A stretch of DNA of 37,795 bases. Source: Octopus bimaculoides (taxonomy: Eukaryota). Below, piece by piece: positions 9,876 through 22,396 of this stretch (the first letter of the stretch is position 1; each line of letters starts with the position of its first letter). Under the pieces are notes generated by a model. The model saw nothing but the letters and a program-made list of their open reading frames with translations. It was not told the DNA's origin and searched no databases. The stretch lies in assembly GCF_001194135.2 (NCBI RefSeq), contig NC_068992.1, positions 20,644,457 to 20,682,251 of the forward strand. Reading direction: 5' to 3'. A program made the translations under genes and the position numbers.

Positions 9876-12800
9876 TAACATATTATCCAATGATCCTACT
9901 CTTTGTCTCCTACAAGTTTTTAGGCATTACTTGAAATTCATTCAACTCATTCGTGTCTTGCACACAAACTATACGCTCGCTTTTTTTATGTTGGATTTTA
10001 TTTGTCTCCGGCGATCATGAATATCTCTGTTTCCTGGGTATCAATTTTAATGTGTCACCTATTCTTTCGTATTTATATCATTTACACTATATTGCTCGTG
10101 TTTATTTTTTGGGTTCATAATTTATGCTTTTTTATTATTTAGTGAATTATTTAATGATTGTATATGATCTCGTTTAAGGTATGTTGCATTCCAATTAATG
10201 GCAGTTGTTATAACGTATATAGCTGTTTTATAGCCAGAAAACTGGGATATAAGGACAGGCTATTCTATAGTCACGATGCATAATACACATTTTATGTGCT
10301 TCATTGATTTTGCAGTCTTCTATATGTAGCATTGAATTCATTTGTATATTATTGCATAATTCGTGTAAAAAAATTATCCTAACAACCGTTATTAACACGC
10401 TTTTATAGCCTGTTAATTTACTTATTCATTAGTGTAGAATAATGTAGTCTCAAAATCAATGCAAGAGAAGACTAGATATGTTTAAAGTCGAACACGTACA
10501 CAACTAGCATACTAACAGAACAAAACAATTAGTTATAGAAGCTAAAGGAGAGCACATGTTATTCTTGGGCATTGGAATCTTATCCCAGGTTGCACAGACA
10601 AAATTATTTCTTGATTTTCTGAACGAAATCTTAAGTTGATTGTCAAAAGGTATTTACTGTTGCAACTAGGTGGTATAGCTGAAAGGTATAAGGGTGTAGC
10701 TACCCGATAAATTTCATATTTCACTTGATAGTTTTTTTTTGTCTGTTTGTTTTTTTTTCGTACATCTTTTGTTAAATCTTATATTGTTTCTGTTCAAACC
10801 GTCTGGTATGAGAAAGACCTTGCCTTATTTCTCATGATATTCAGGCCCGGTACTAAGTGGGGCTTTAATAACATTTTGTAAAGTCTGTTTTATATAACTT
10901 CTCCGTAAAGTTATATAACATCAAATTTGGTAATTTTTCTGCAATCTTGGTAAATAATTTAATGTCAAACAAGTTATATACTCAATGATACAGGTTTGTC
11001 ACTTGTCGAAATTTGAAGTTGATGTATTTTCATATTTTATCACTGATCCTAATTCGCTCGCTAGATTACATTGCACATATAATCAAGTGATTCGGAGCTT
11101 CTGTTGTCATTGCGTGTGACGTAAGTTTGTTGCTACAGACATTTACCTCACACTGTAGCAGAAACAGGAGTCACTTTATTCTTAGTTATAAATTGTCATA
11201 TATCTAGAAGAGCTCAATAACAATCTAACATACACGGAAATGTAGATTATCAAAATCATGTCCCATAAGTCAATATGGTAGCTAGCATTCTTTTCGAGGT
11301 CTATTTCCGCCGTAATGGAGGAAATATATAAATATATATTGGGCTTTATTTCACGATACCTTCTGTATTAACTGTTGAATATTTCCAGCGGATGCAGAAA
11401 TGTACAGTAACACGCTGCAACAAGAAATATGCATGCTATCAAAAGAAATGTATTGGTTTCACACTGTAATTATTATTTTAAATTCACCTTATATATCTCT
11501 AATCTAAAAAAAACAAACAGTAAGTATTTAATGACGTGAGAACCACGGAAGCGACAGTCGATTTCCTATCATGCAGAACCACACACATAACAAACTAAGG
11601 TAACCATTATTTCAACATTTGTAAAAGAATTTCCTGACAATAATTATGCAACGTAAACCACGAAGTTTATGAAAAAAGTTGTACATAAAACAACGTTATA
11701 AATAATAATTTTAGGAGTATTGAATAGATTAACCTAAGTGACACATAGAGAATAGGCAATGATTTACTTAGTCAGCAAAACACAATATAAAATACAGTTT
11801 TAATAAGACAGGTCTGGGGACGTAATATGCAATAACTTGGCGAAAAATAACTATTAAGTAGCGCCCAATGCAAATTGAAAAGCAATCTCTTCACGCTAAG
11901 AAAACAAGATACAATTACGAATTTTATCAGCAGGAAAAGATAAACTGCAAAGTGATATGTAGATAAGAATATTGGAAAATATGTTATGTTTGCAAAATCA
12001 AGTCAAAAGTATAAGTTATATTTGTGAAACGTAGTCAGAAGACACAAAGTATTCGCCAATGCAAAGCGATAAAATGAAAATGAATTATGAATTAATGGTA
12101 ACACCAATTCAAAACAAAAGCAATATATTGTTAAATGTACAGTCAGCTGAAACAGCACTTTCATAAAAGAATGCTTAGAAACAGTCCACTTTTATCATAA
12201 CTACGCAAGTGAATGACCCACCTCTAACATATACAATAGCAACCCAAAGTATCAAGAAAATTCTATTCCCCCGGTGATTTCAGTAATGTAAGACGTGTTT
12301 TGAATGAAAATTACTTACGTTTGAAAAAAACAAGAAATCGTACACCATATATTGCGTACTCATTTTCTCACTTGATGACAGGAGAAGTTTTTAAATGATG
12401 CCGTTCAGTAAAAATTGACTTTTGGAAATCAGTGCATATTTCATTTTTGTTACTATTCCGCATATAAGGAATGTTAAGTCCTTCCCTTCATGTTGTTCAA
12501 AATACTAGTACAGTATTTTAGACTGAGTGCACTGTCCCAACCACTTCCAATTTAATGTTACGTATTCCGAATTTAAGCAAATGATTGCTTTATGTGAAAT
12601 CCTTTGCACGTATTGCACCATATGACAACGTGAATGATATTTGAAAACTGCTACGACAAACATATCATATAATAAAACACCTCATGGATAATTACCATAT
12701 TACTTATAGTTATTTTAATAAAATTGTTTTCAATCTTTATTGAAGTAATCACAGTTGGATTAAATCTAAGATCTAAAATCTTAAAGCTATTACAAATGCC

Positions 12801-13045
12801 TATATCTGACACGATTCAATATTATATATCAGGAATAAAAAGATTTTGCCGAAGGGGCAGTTAAATAATTTATATATAGAAAATATATCGGAGGAATTTT
12901 TTTCTATAATTACCAACTCTCTCGCTCTAACGGAAAAATGTATTACCCTGCCCCATGATGTATCACATTGCTGTTTTCTTTTTTTCTTTTCGCCAGTCAC
13001 TTCAGCTATGGCATCTAAGATTATTTGCCTCTCCAGGAACGCAAA

Positions 13046-13261
13046 TACGCGGGTGTGCTGAAAAGTTCCTTGTTTTGAGTAAAAGAAAATACTGGAGATT
13101 CAGTTATGATTTTATTCAAATTATTCCCCTCTCAGTTTCACACACTTATTGCAGCAGTCCGTCAGTTCTTCTACGCCCTGTAAAAGAACTTGGAAGGTTG
13201 GGTCTCGAAGTAGGACTTTCGCGGTACCCTTAAAATCAAGAACTTTCAGCATTTCCTCGCA
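13046..13261 (-). mobile_element. Mariner-derived MITE (about 212 bp) retaining the transposase C-terminus
   Basis: Imperfect TIRs cgcgggtgtgctgaaaagttc / gaactttcagcatttcctcg, flanked by TA and CA (mutated TA TSD). Minus strand reads QGVEELTDCCNKCVKLRGE*FE*, like the mariner ending G..KL..RW.KC..L.G.Y.E*. Confidence 0.85.
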
Positions 13262-13774
13262 TATCGAGACATCCATTCTTATATTAATGCATCATTTCAG
13301 TGCAACAGTGAACAAATAAAGACACCCGAAACAGCACTAATAACTATGATACTCGCCTTCACTTCCTGTAATTACTGGGGACATAAAGCAGAAATGGAAA
13401 TACGATGTAACTGCCACGTAGCACATCCATGCCACATGCTTTGTTTTTGTTTGATATTTTTTTTTGTTCTTTCTCTTATTACACTATTTGGCCTCATAAA
13501 TAATATTTACTTACAAATAGTTACGCCAAGATTAAAATTAGTGTCAGCGGACTGGGCGACTATGTTATGCAGTGAATGCAGCAACCTGTAAAAAAAAAAA
13601 ATACAATCTCTTCAGATACCAACATACCACCCGGTCATGTGTAATCGATTTCAACTGCAGTTAGCTTGAACTTGCTGCCAGATATGCTTCGTCTATTACC
13701 CCGCCGCCACTATTACTACTATTACTGCTGCTGTTTCTGCTGGTGCTACTGCTACTGCTGCTACCACAAACACT

Positions 13775-13925
13775 AGCAAATTTTGCCACAAAGGTACCGA
13801 TTTCGGGGAGAGGAGTAAAGTCAATTACATTGACTCCATCGTTCATAGGTGTTTCTTTCAACATCCTTAGGCAATCATCCTCTGAGTGGGGTGGTCTACT
13901 CGACATGAAGAACATTCTAACTCAT
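13775..13925 (-). mobile_element. Decayed tRNA-derived SINE (3' part)
   Basis: gtcaattacattgactcca is the reverse complement of the family motif ggagttgatgtaatcga seen at 35910-35926. Confidence 0.6.
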
Positions 13926-14099
13926 TCTAACCATCTCAAGGTCAAGCGCTGTTTATCTTGATATAAGACAACCATGTTGCACGCATATGGTTGCGATGCA
14001 CATGTCTGGTATACACTTATCAGACAGGTAGATATGATGGGTATATTGGGGTTCGTATATTTATACCCCATTATTACATTGATGGTATGTACTGCTCTC

Positions 14100-14153
14100 T
14101 CAATGATGATGATAATAATAACAGCAACAGCAACAACAACAACAACAACAACA
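14100..14153. repeat. (ATG)/(AAT)/(CAA) compound microsatellite
   Basis: Direct reading. Confidence 0.9.
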
Positions 14154-14371
14154 GGGACGTTTAACATCTAAGAACGATAGTTCACTGCTCCGAAATTTAT
14201 CCAAAAACATCGGAAATAAAGACATCGCATGGAGCCAAAAATAGCTGACAAAGGATTGGACTATATCCGAGTAAGTAATACTCATTGAAATTTATTTCTA
14301 TTTTTCCAAATATAATGATGTTTTTTAACTGGATATCATCTCCACTACTCGCACAGCAAACGTAAACACGC

Positions 14372-15025
14372 TTGTTACATCAACACCAGACCATCTCCGG
14401 CCCCAAGCACCAAATAATAAAAAAAATTACAAACAGGTTAAATAACACCGGTATTATTCCACCCAAGAATAACAACCGGGAAGTGCGTACTTTAAACTTG
14501 TTACGCAAAAAGTACGAAGAGCTGCACGTGCAAAACAGTCTGACAACAGAAATGAACGGACCGATACCCTACGAAAATGATGACCGTCTAAATAAAGGGC
14601 CGGACATTGTTCCTCGTGCCCCGCAAATAAAGCCAAAACGGCATAAATGGACACGTGAGGAATACATTTCCATGCTACACGCTTATTTTACAGCAGTGCT
14701 CTACCCAAAGAACGAAAACGCAACAAAACATACATATAAAATATGGAAGAAAAATAATCTAAGTAAAGACCTCGATACAACAATGAACCCTAATAAACTA
14801 GCAAACATACGCAGATATAACATACAGAAAATTGCACTACTGGGCACTGCATACATCCTACGCAAAACACTTTCAATACAGTAACCATAATAACATCACA
14901 GCAAACCACAGCACATACCCAAAGCATACAGAGCAGCGCTCGGTAGTGAAGTGAAAGCACGTTATAAAAATATAACTACTGAACAATAATAATAATAATA
15001 ACAACAACAACAATAATAATAATAA
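14372..15025 (+). mobile_element. Internally deleted R4/Dong-type LINE: N-terminal Myb-like region fused in frame to the last 22 codons, with 3' UTR and (AAT)n tail
   Basis: Open 170-codon frame with RHKWTREEY...KLANIRR joined at about 14816 to YNIQKIALLGTAYILRKTLSIQ*. Then 3' UTR ...gctcggtagtgaagtgaaagcacg and an (AAT/AAC)n tail at 14984-15025. Confidence 0.85.
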
Positions 15026-15074
15026 ATGCCAGTGATTTTGAGATGATGTTGCTCGTTGATACCACCGCATTTGG

Positions 15075-15215
15075 TACTTCACTAGTGCTTCAGTTTATCT
15101 ACCCCTGAGGAATAAATGCTTAGATTGACCTCCGAGTGTATTTTGAATTCGGAACGGAGCAAAGCGGAACAAATGCTGTTGGGTATTTACCAATTATCTA
15201 ATGATTTTAGCCAAT
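15075..15215 (-). mobile_element. Decayed tRNA-derived SINE
   Basis: tttatctacccc...gattgacctccgag..ttttgaattcggaacg...aaatgctg is the reverse complement of the same family as 35771-36340. Confidence 0.6.
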
Positions 15216-15292
15216 CCATGAAAATCAATACAAATATAATTAATGCGATATGGATAGAATGCGATATTTAGAATACTAGCGGAAGTAGTATT

Positions 15293-15414
15293 AGTGGTGG
15301 TGGTGTGGTGGTGGTGTGCTGACGGTGGGAGTGGTGATAAAAATAATTATAGTATAGTAGTAGCAATAGTATTAGCAATTGTATTAGTAATAGTAGTAAT
15401 TGCTTTTGTAGAGA

Positions 15415-15453
<39 letters not shown>

Positions 15454-15570
15454 CAGCAGTAGTATTAGTAGTAGTAGTAGTAGTAGTAGTAGAAGTAGCG
15501 GTGGTGGTGGTGGTGGTTGTGGAGGTGGCGGTGGTGGTAGTGGTGGTGGTGGTGGTGGTGGTGGGTGGTT
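15293..15570. repeat. (GTA)n/(GTG)n microsatellite tract
   Basis: Direct reading; explains the poly-V and poly-T ORFs. Confidence 0.95.
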
Positions 15571-16257
15571 GTTCTAGAATTACCACCCCGAACGTAGTAT
15601 AAGATAGATTTCGTCATGTTTCCAAACTGATATCACCAGACAGCTCAGTATCTCCCCTCTGTCTCCTTCTCCCTCTCCTTCTCTCGCCTTCTCATTCTTT
15701 CTCTCTTTCCTTCTCTAACTCTATCTGTCTCCCTCATTTTCTTTCTCTCACTCGATGTTCTATTTAGAGCTCGTCCATGCACCTAATGGCATTGCTGTCG
15801 CACCTTTTTAGTCTCAACTGGGTAGTCACTAGTCATATCTACCACAAAATTATTGCAATGAGTCACCTTTTCAGGCCGTGTTTATCTAATACTATATTAT
15901 ATAACGTACGAATGGGACATTATACTGTCTTTCATGAGAGATGTGATTGTTATCTCTCCCAGACTGAGGAAGCTATGATGAGACTTGCTTATTTGACTCT
16001 AGAATTATTGGTGTCTGCGTCAATATTCAAATATCAAATTTCTTCAGTGGAAGGAACTGGTGTTTCATGATAAAAAATATATCAGAACAACAAAAGACCT
16101 CTAGATGATGAATCGACCAGTGTGCATATCATCCAAATTATCCCCAAAATATTTATGATTAAAAGATGGTCTAAACGTATTCGCTAATCTACAACTAGGT
16201 ACTAGGAACTCTGAACAGATCAAGACGTGAGTAATGTTCATTTCCGTCTTATATAGA

Positions 16258-16412
16258 CACAGAGTGACGGTTTCCCGGTTTCAATGACGTTATATTCCCC
16301 ACGTGGATGGGACACCGCTCTGTCGCAGGATCACTCGTTTGGTCCAGGATTCGAAACTGGAATCTTACGATCACAAATGCAACACCCCTAAGCACTAAGC
16401 CACGCGCCTCCA
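16258..16412 (-). mobile_element. tRNA-derived SINE with pol III boxes, internally deleted
   Basis: Minus strand: tggaggcgcgtggcttagtgcttaggggtgttg...gtttcgaatcctggacc. A box TGGCTTAGTGC, B box GTTTCGAATCC. Confidence 0.8.
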
Positions 16413-16419
16413 GCTACAC

Positions 16420-16590
16420 TATGTTAGAATAATAGAAATACTTTGCATCACATGATGCCGTTTAAAATCTGAAGGAACCGTTAGGTAATGTAGTACTTGT
16501 GATATGAAGAGACGGGATGGTTAAGGTTTTAATGTCAGATGTCTTGAGATGTATTCGATCAAGACTCACCTGGTCTAAAGAAGAAAAACA
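16420..16590 (+). mobile_element. Probable LINE 3'-end fragment (RTE-like)
   Basis: taatgtagtac...agacgggatggt...cgatcaagactcacctggtctaaa resembles a recalled abundant Octopus retroposon 3' end. No protein motif. Confidence 0.4.
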
Positions 16591-17084
16591 TTAACAGCGC
16601 CTAATATTTACATGAAACCGATATATGTTGTCATGGTGTCCATTTTGTCTCTCTAGCAGATGCTACTTATGAAACAAGATATTGCAACTCTTTGCGCTGC
16701 ATCATACTAAATTCTAATATATGTTGATAATATATTTTAAACAAACAAACGAAAAAAATATCCACCTCAGTATTAGTTTGGTGTAAATATGATTGATTAT
16801 ATTCGTACATAATCTTTCTGTCATTTTCATTTTCTCAGCATATTTCATAGCTATGAATAAACAACGTTAAGCCATTTAATCATAAGGAGAATGGTGTTAT
16901 GGAAAATCTTTCAATTTTCTTTGTAAATTTAATATTGTCTAACGCTTCTGATATTTTCTTTTATGTCTTTACTTCATAATATTGTCGTATAATTTTACGA
17001 GCAGTTTTGCAACATAATCACAATTCGTGTGCGTTGATAATGCTACTATGAAATAAAGTCATGTGTATGTCTGTATATACATGT

Positions 17085-17350
17085 ACACACACACACACAC
17101 ACACACATGCGCAGAGACACATACACACACATACACACACAAACATATGTATTTATTGATATATCCCGCATTCTGACGACGTAACTTCGTCGTCTGCGTG
17201 ACTGACCCGTACGTCGTACCTCGCCAACTGACATTCCTTGTTGTGCCCACTATTCATCAGTAGTGGAACAGCCCACTTCTCACTTGGTGGTGTCTGTTAC
17301 AACACAAACACACACACACACACAGACACACACACACACACACACACATG
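17085..17350. repeat. Two (CA)n tracts flanking a CpG-rich core
   Basis: Direct reading. Confidence 0.9.
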
Positions 17351-17616
17351 TATATCCGCATAAACAGCTGTTACAGTACAGTCATATGTGTAGCATAATT
17401 ACAGTGAAAACTGAAAGGTAACGAAATCTTTATCAATGGCGCACAAATTGCATTTTGATATACGTCTATAAAGGATCGAATAACGACGTGCATTCATACA
17501 ACTAATATACACATAGTCTACACACATCTGTCTATCTACCTATCTATATATCTATTTATGTATGTATGTACCTATCTATTTCTCTATATCTACATATATA
17601 TACATTTACATATGCA

Positions 17617-17746
<130 letters not shown>

Positions 17747-17808
17747 CTTACATATACATACATACAGCCAGACAGATGGACTCAAATATATTTAGAAACA
17801 CACATATA

Positions 17809-18019
17809 TGCGAGGGAGTGGTGAAATGTTCTTGGCTCTGGGTAAAAGAAAATAAAGAGATTCGGTTAATTATGATTTTATTCAACATATACCACTCTCA
17901 GATTCACACACCGGTCCTTTAGTCTTGTCTAATGCCTGCAAAATAACTAAAAATGTTGGGCGCGAACCAGGGCCTTTTGCGATACGCTTAAATCCAGTAG
18001 CATGTATAAATATATCGTA
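17809..18019 (-). mobile_element. Second, more decayed copy of the mariner-derived MITE
   Basis: Aligns with 13046-13261 (gtaaaagaaaata, ttatgattttattcaa, ctctcag.ttcacacac, gttggg). Begins TG-cgaggg and ends cg-TA. Confidence 0.8.
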
Positions 18020-18022
18020 TGT

Positions 18023-18140
18023 GTTTATGTATGTATGTATGTATGTATGTATGTATATGTATGTATGTATGTATGTGTGTATGTATGTATGTATGTATGT
18101 ATATGTATGTATGTATGTATGTATGTGTGTGTGTATGTGT
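18023..18140. repeat. (TATG)n microsatellite
   Basis: Direct reading. Confidence 0.95.
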
Positions 18141-18597
18141 ACGTGCGTTTGTGTATAAGATGTGTACTTTAGAACTAAAATAGCTCAATTTGTGAAACAG
18201 TTGCAGCTTATGGCGAACTGGAGTTTCATATATAATCTTTTTTTTTTATTTCAGTTCAAATATGTATTACTTACAAAAGAACTATCTTTTCATCTTGGAA
18301 ATTGCTGTAAATGTGGATATGTTGTTTTAAAAAATTTAAATATGAAACAGATCTTAAAGCTGTATGGGTTTGAGGAGTAGCGGAGAAAATTACTGTATCT
18401 TGAAAGAAGGTAAGTTCTAAATTTCTTTAAAAGTGGCAAAAAAAACAAACTTGAATAAAATGTTGTCTTAAAAATCAGATTGGAAGGCACTTTACCTGAT
18501 ATAAACATTTTAAACAATATTACATTAATAATATTATAAAAGTGAAAGAAAATGATATAATGATAACTTCACAAAAGCAATTCTAGATAGACGCCAG

Positions 18598-19252
18598 ATT
18601 TAGTAACTTATTTATAGACCCACTTGTAATATTAAACCAGTCAAAACAATAACCATGCGAGTGATTCGTTATGTTTCTAGTCATTGAGATGTGAAACATT
18701 TTGATGTGGCATGACTATATTCCAAGGACAAATATGGAATGCCATTATGGGCAAAATGACAATATATTTATTTTATGTGTCACCATACAGGTCTCAGTAG
18801 GAGGGGAAGGTCCACATTTAGATTGCTTGAAACTAAGCGATATACACGCATATTGCGATCGTTTTCATTTGATAAAAAAACATTTCAGCAACTTCCATGA
18901 CTACTTTCGCCGGTGCGCTGAATAGTCCGCCAGCTTGCCACAGAAGAAGCCCGGACCAGGTGCCGCTGAAGGTTCCGTTCGGCGCACTAACTATAATACC
19001 AGTTCGGCTGTTTCTACATTTACAATAATTAAGGTGTATATATTTGTCTACATTAGCGTTTAATGTTTAATATTAGCTTACTAATATTAACATAAGCATT
19101 TTACAAAACGGCGAGCAAAATACACTTTTCCGATACTTCGAATTCCCTACAACACATCATGTGATCACCCTTTGCAATTTGCAATAATCTGTTAATACAA
19201 GAAATAAATATTTAGTAACTTATTTATAGACCCACTTGTAATATTAAACCAG
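18598..19252. repeat. Perfect 43-bp direct repeat (18598-18640 and 19210-19252)
   Basis: atttagtaacttatttatagacccacttgtaatattaaaccag occurs at both positions. Confidence 0.95.
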
Positions 19253-19988
19253 ATTCGCCACCCCTTATTTTATCATCTCAAATTTAAACCCTTCACAGCT
19301 CTGTTTAACTATAAAACCTTCCTCTACAACTTTCATAGACGATTTCTCCATCGAACACAACAATGTCTTTCATAATTCCAGTAGGTTACATTTTATTTAT
19401 CACCTACATTGTAGATAACGTCTAAAAGAGATGAAAATAATATAAATACCAACAATTTTCAAATCACTAATTTCTTGAAATGAATTTAGTTCATGCTGCT
19501 TATGTTATGTATTTCTATTTATATTATATTGTATCCATAACTCCTACGTAAGAAACAACCACTCATAATATTCAATACTATTTCTATATGTACATTACTG
19601 TTATCTCCTAATAACAAATCTTATTTGATATCGTTTATGTTCATTAATATATTTTCTATCTTAGGTTATACAATTAGTGAGATAATATGATGTCGAATTT
19701 TCGCCTATTCACCCTCACTCTAATTTAAATTACGTAAATAACTAGATGTAGATTTTTTAGTTATTTGCTGCTAACTCATATTTTACCTATAGCCAGTTTA
19801 AATATATTGTCATATTTAATTGTTCTTGAAACACAATAATACTTGTAATTGCGTATCTTTATTCACACAAATATATATCATTGCCATCGATATTTACCGT
19901 TATACATTTCCCGAAATTAAATGTTTTCACATCACATATATCCATCTGCGCATACATGCATGCAGACGAATCCACATGATACACTCTC

Positions 19989-20127
19989 ATGCACGAAGAC
20001 ACCCGTATATTCTTACAGCTTCGGGGTCCATGCATATACATACGCACAGCGACCATCATTTCACAAAATATTCTTACAATAATTCTGCTTGTCATTATGC
20101 TACATGGCCCTTTGGGTGGTTGTTTTG
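19989..20127 (+). CDS. Candidate first coding exon encoding a signal peptide or TM segment of a secreted or membrane protein
   Basis: ATG preceded by an in-frame stop. MHEDTRIFLQLRGPCIYIRTATIISQNILTIILLVIMLHGPLGGCF, with hydrophobic core ILTIILLVIML followed by small residues. Consensus donor G|GTGAGT at 20128, phase 1. Confidence 0.45.
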
Positions 20128-20283
20128 GTGAGTGCATAATGAAAAGTGATTAGTTTTTAATTGAACTAAGTTTTTTATATCTCCTGTAAATTGAAATGTG
20201 TATTAGCCCTGACCCATCAACTTCGCTTATAAGTTACCAATGATTTGCTTTTCAGAGTATACTATGTCGCATTAAAGTGTTAT

Positions 20284-20811
20284 NNNNNNNNNNNNNNNNN
20301 NNNNNNNNNNNNNNNNNNNNNNNNNNNNNNNNNNNNNNNNNNNNNNNNNNNNNNNNNNNNNNNNNNNNNNNNNNNNNNNNNNNNNNNNNNNNNNNNNNNN
20401 NNNNNNNNNNNNNNNNNNNNNNNNNNNNNNNNNNNNNNNNNNNNNNNNNNNNNNNNNNNNNNNNNNNNNNNNNNNNNNNNNNNNNNNNNNNNNNNNNNNN
20501 NNNNNNNNNNNNNNNNNNNNNNNNNNNNNNNNNNNNNNNNNNNNNNNNNNNNNNNNNNNNNNNNNNNNNNNNNNNNNNNNNNNNNNNNNNNNNNNNNNNN
20601 NNNNNNNNNNNNNNNNNNNNNNNNNNNNNNNNNNNNNNNNNNNNNNNNNNNNNNNNNNNNNNNNNNNNNNNNNNNNNNNNNNNNNNNNNNNNNNNNNNNN
20701 NNNNNNNNNNNNNNNNNNNNNNNNNNNNNNNNNNNNNNNNNNNNNNNNNNNNNNNNNNNNNNNNNNNNNNNNNNNNNNNNNNNNNNNNNNNNNNNNNNNN
20801 NNNNNNNNNNN
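20284..20811. other. Assembly gap
   Basis: N-run. Confidence 0.99.
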
Positions 20812-21447
20812 TATATATATATATATCAAGCAAACAGGAATAGAGAAATATTGATTGATGAACAATTTCTGAAAGTATGCCAGTGTGGGGCTAATCTACG
20901 CTTCATTTATTTTTTATTATTTATCCATCTTGCCCTCACCCCGTACAAAGGATTAATCCACCAAATACTATTTTAAGTTTACTCATTTACTAAACGTCCC
21001 AAAGATAAATACAAGCAAAATGGTATGATTACAACCATATTCAACTCGTACTTTTTCTTCCTTAGGCCCTTCTTATTTATTTATCCTTCACTCTGATGAA
21101 GCTCCGTGTTTCACATCGGTTTTATTATCGAATATGATAAGTATTTTTAACACATCAATAGCAATACCACACAGCATTGGAAGCAGAAACTGCTGTTAAA
21201 TGGCATGCAGTCTATTTGTATTGATACGATAAATAATAATTGATCTAAGTCAATTGTTGTTCAGCAATATTTTTCCATTTTCTTTTTTCTTTACATTTTG
21301 ATTCTTGATAAACTCATGCTTATCTTTGTCTTTATAAGCATAATATGCTTGCATATGTATGTCCCTGGTTACAGACAGGTAATATACCTGTAGTGTAATG
21401 GATACTTCTATGCCTTAGACGGTTATTTTAACCTCTAACTCAGCCAG

Positions 21448-21479
<32 letters not shown>

Positions 21480-22043
21480 NNNNNNNNNNNNNNNNNNNNN
21501 NNNNNNNNNNNNNNNNNNNNNNNNNNNNNNNNNNNNNNNNNNNNNNNNNNNNNNNNNNNNNNNNNNNNNNNNNNNNNNNNNNNNNNNNNNNNNNNNNNNN
21601 NNNNNNNNNNNNNNNNNNNNNNNNNNNNNNNNNNNNNNNNNNNNNNNNNNNNNNNNNNNNNNNNNNNNNNNNNNNNNNNNNNNNNNNNNNNNNNNNNNNN
21701 NNNNNNNNNNNNNNNNNNNNNNNNNNNNNNNNNNNNNNNNNNNNNNNNNNNNNNNNNNNNNNNNNNNNNNNNNNNNNNNNNNNNNNNNNNNNNNNNNNNN
21801 NNNNNNNNNNNNNNNNNNNNNNNNNNNNNNNNNNNNNNNNNNNNNNNNNNNNNNNNNNNNNNNNNNNNNNNNNNNNNNNNNNNNNNNNNNNNNNNNNNNN
21901 NNNNNNNNNNNNNNNNNNNNNNNNNNNNNNNNNNNNNNNNNNNNNNNNNNNNNNNNNNNNNNNNNNNNNNNNNNNNNNNNNNNNNNNNNNNNNNNNNNNN
22001 NNNNNNNNNNNNNNNNNNNNNNNNNNNNNNNNNNNNNNNNNNN
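21480..22043. other. Assembly gap
   Basis: N-run after (TA)n. Confidence 0.99.
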
Positions 22044-22338
22044 GTGTGCTTGTCTACTCATACATAAATGTATGTATACTTTTATAGATGCATAAATTCA
22101 CACACACAGACCTACAGACACACAGACACATACACACACATACATATATATATGTATTTTTATATCTATTGGAGTGTCTTTACCTATGAATCACTATGTT
22201 TGTATATGTATCAGGCTTGATTTTTTCACATGTTTACATAAATGTCTGCTATTTCAAACAACAACTAGCACCATATAATACTCCTGCTGCTGTTACTACT
22301 AATATTGCTGCTGCTACCACCATCACAGTCATAGCTGA

Positions 22339-22396
22339 TAATGATGATGATGATGATGATGATGATGACGATGACGATGATGACGATGATGATGAT
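22339..22396. repeat. (GAT)n microsatellite
   Basis: Direct reading; explains the poly-D ORF. Confidence 0.95.

Noticed and set aside
12955-13233. Strong acceptor (ttttcgccag, 12996) followed by an open frame
   Set aside because: Most of the frame is the antisense of the mariner MITE and no donor was found.
17945-18000. Apparent reverse-strand tRNA B box (ggttcgcgccc)
   Set aside because: Part of the second mariner MITE copy.
21093-21115. CTGATGA hammerhead-like core (ctgatgaagctcc)
   Set aside because: No closing stem II or downstream GAAA.
21369-21398. Small hairpin acaggta/tacctgt; similar 11-bp stem at 32661-32699
   Set aside because: Short stems like these are expected by chance in 38 kb and have no supporting context.
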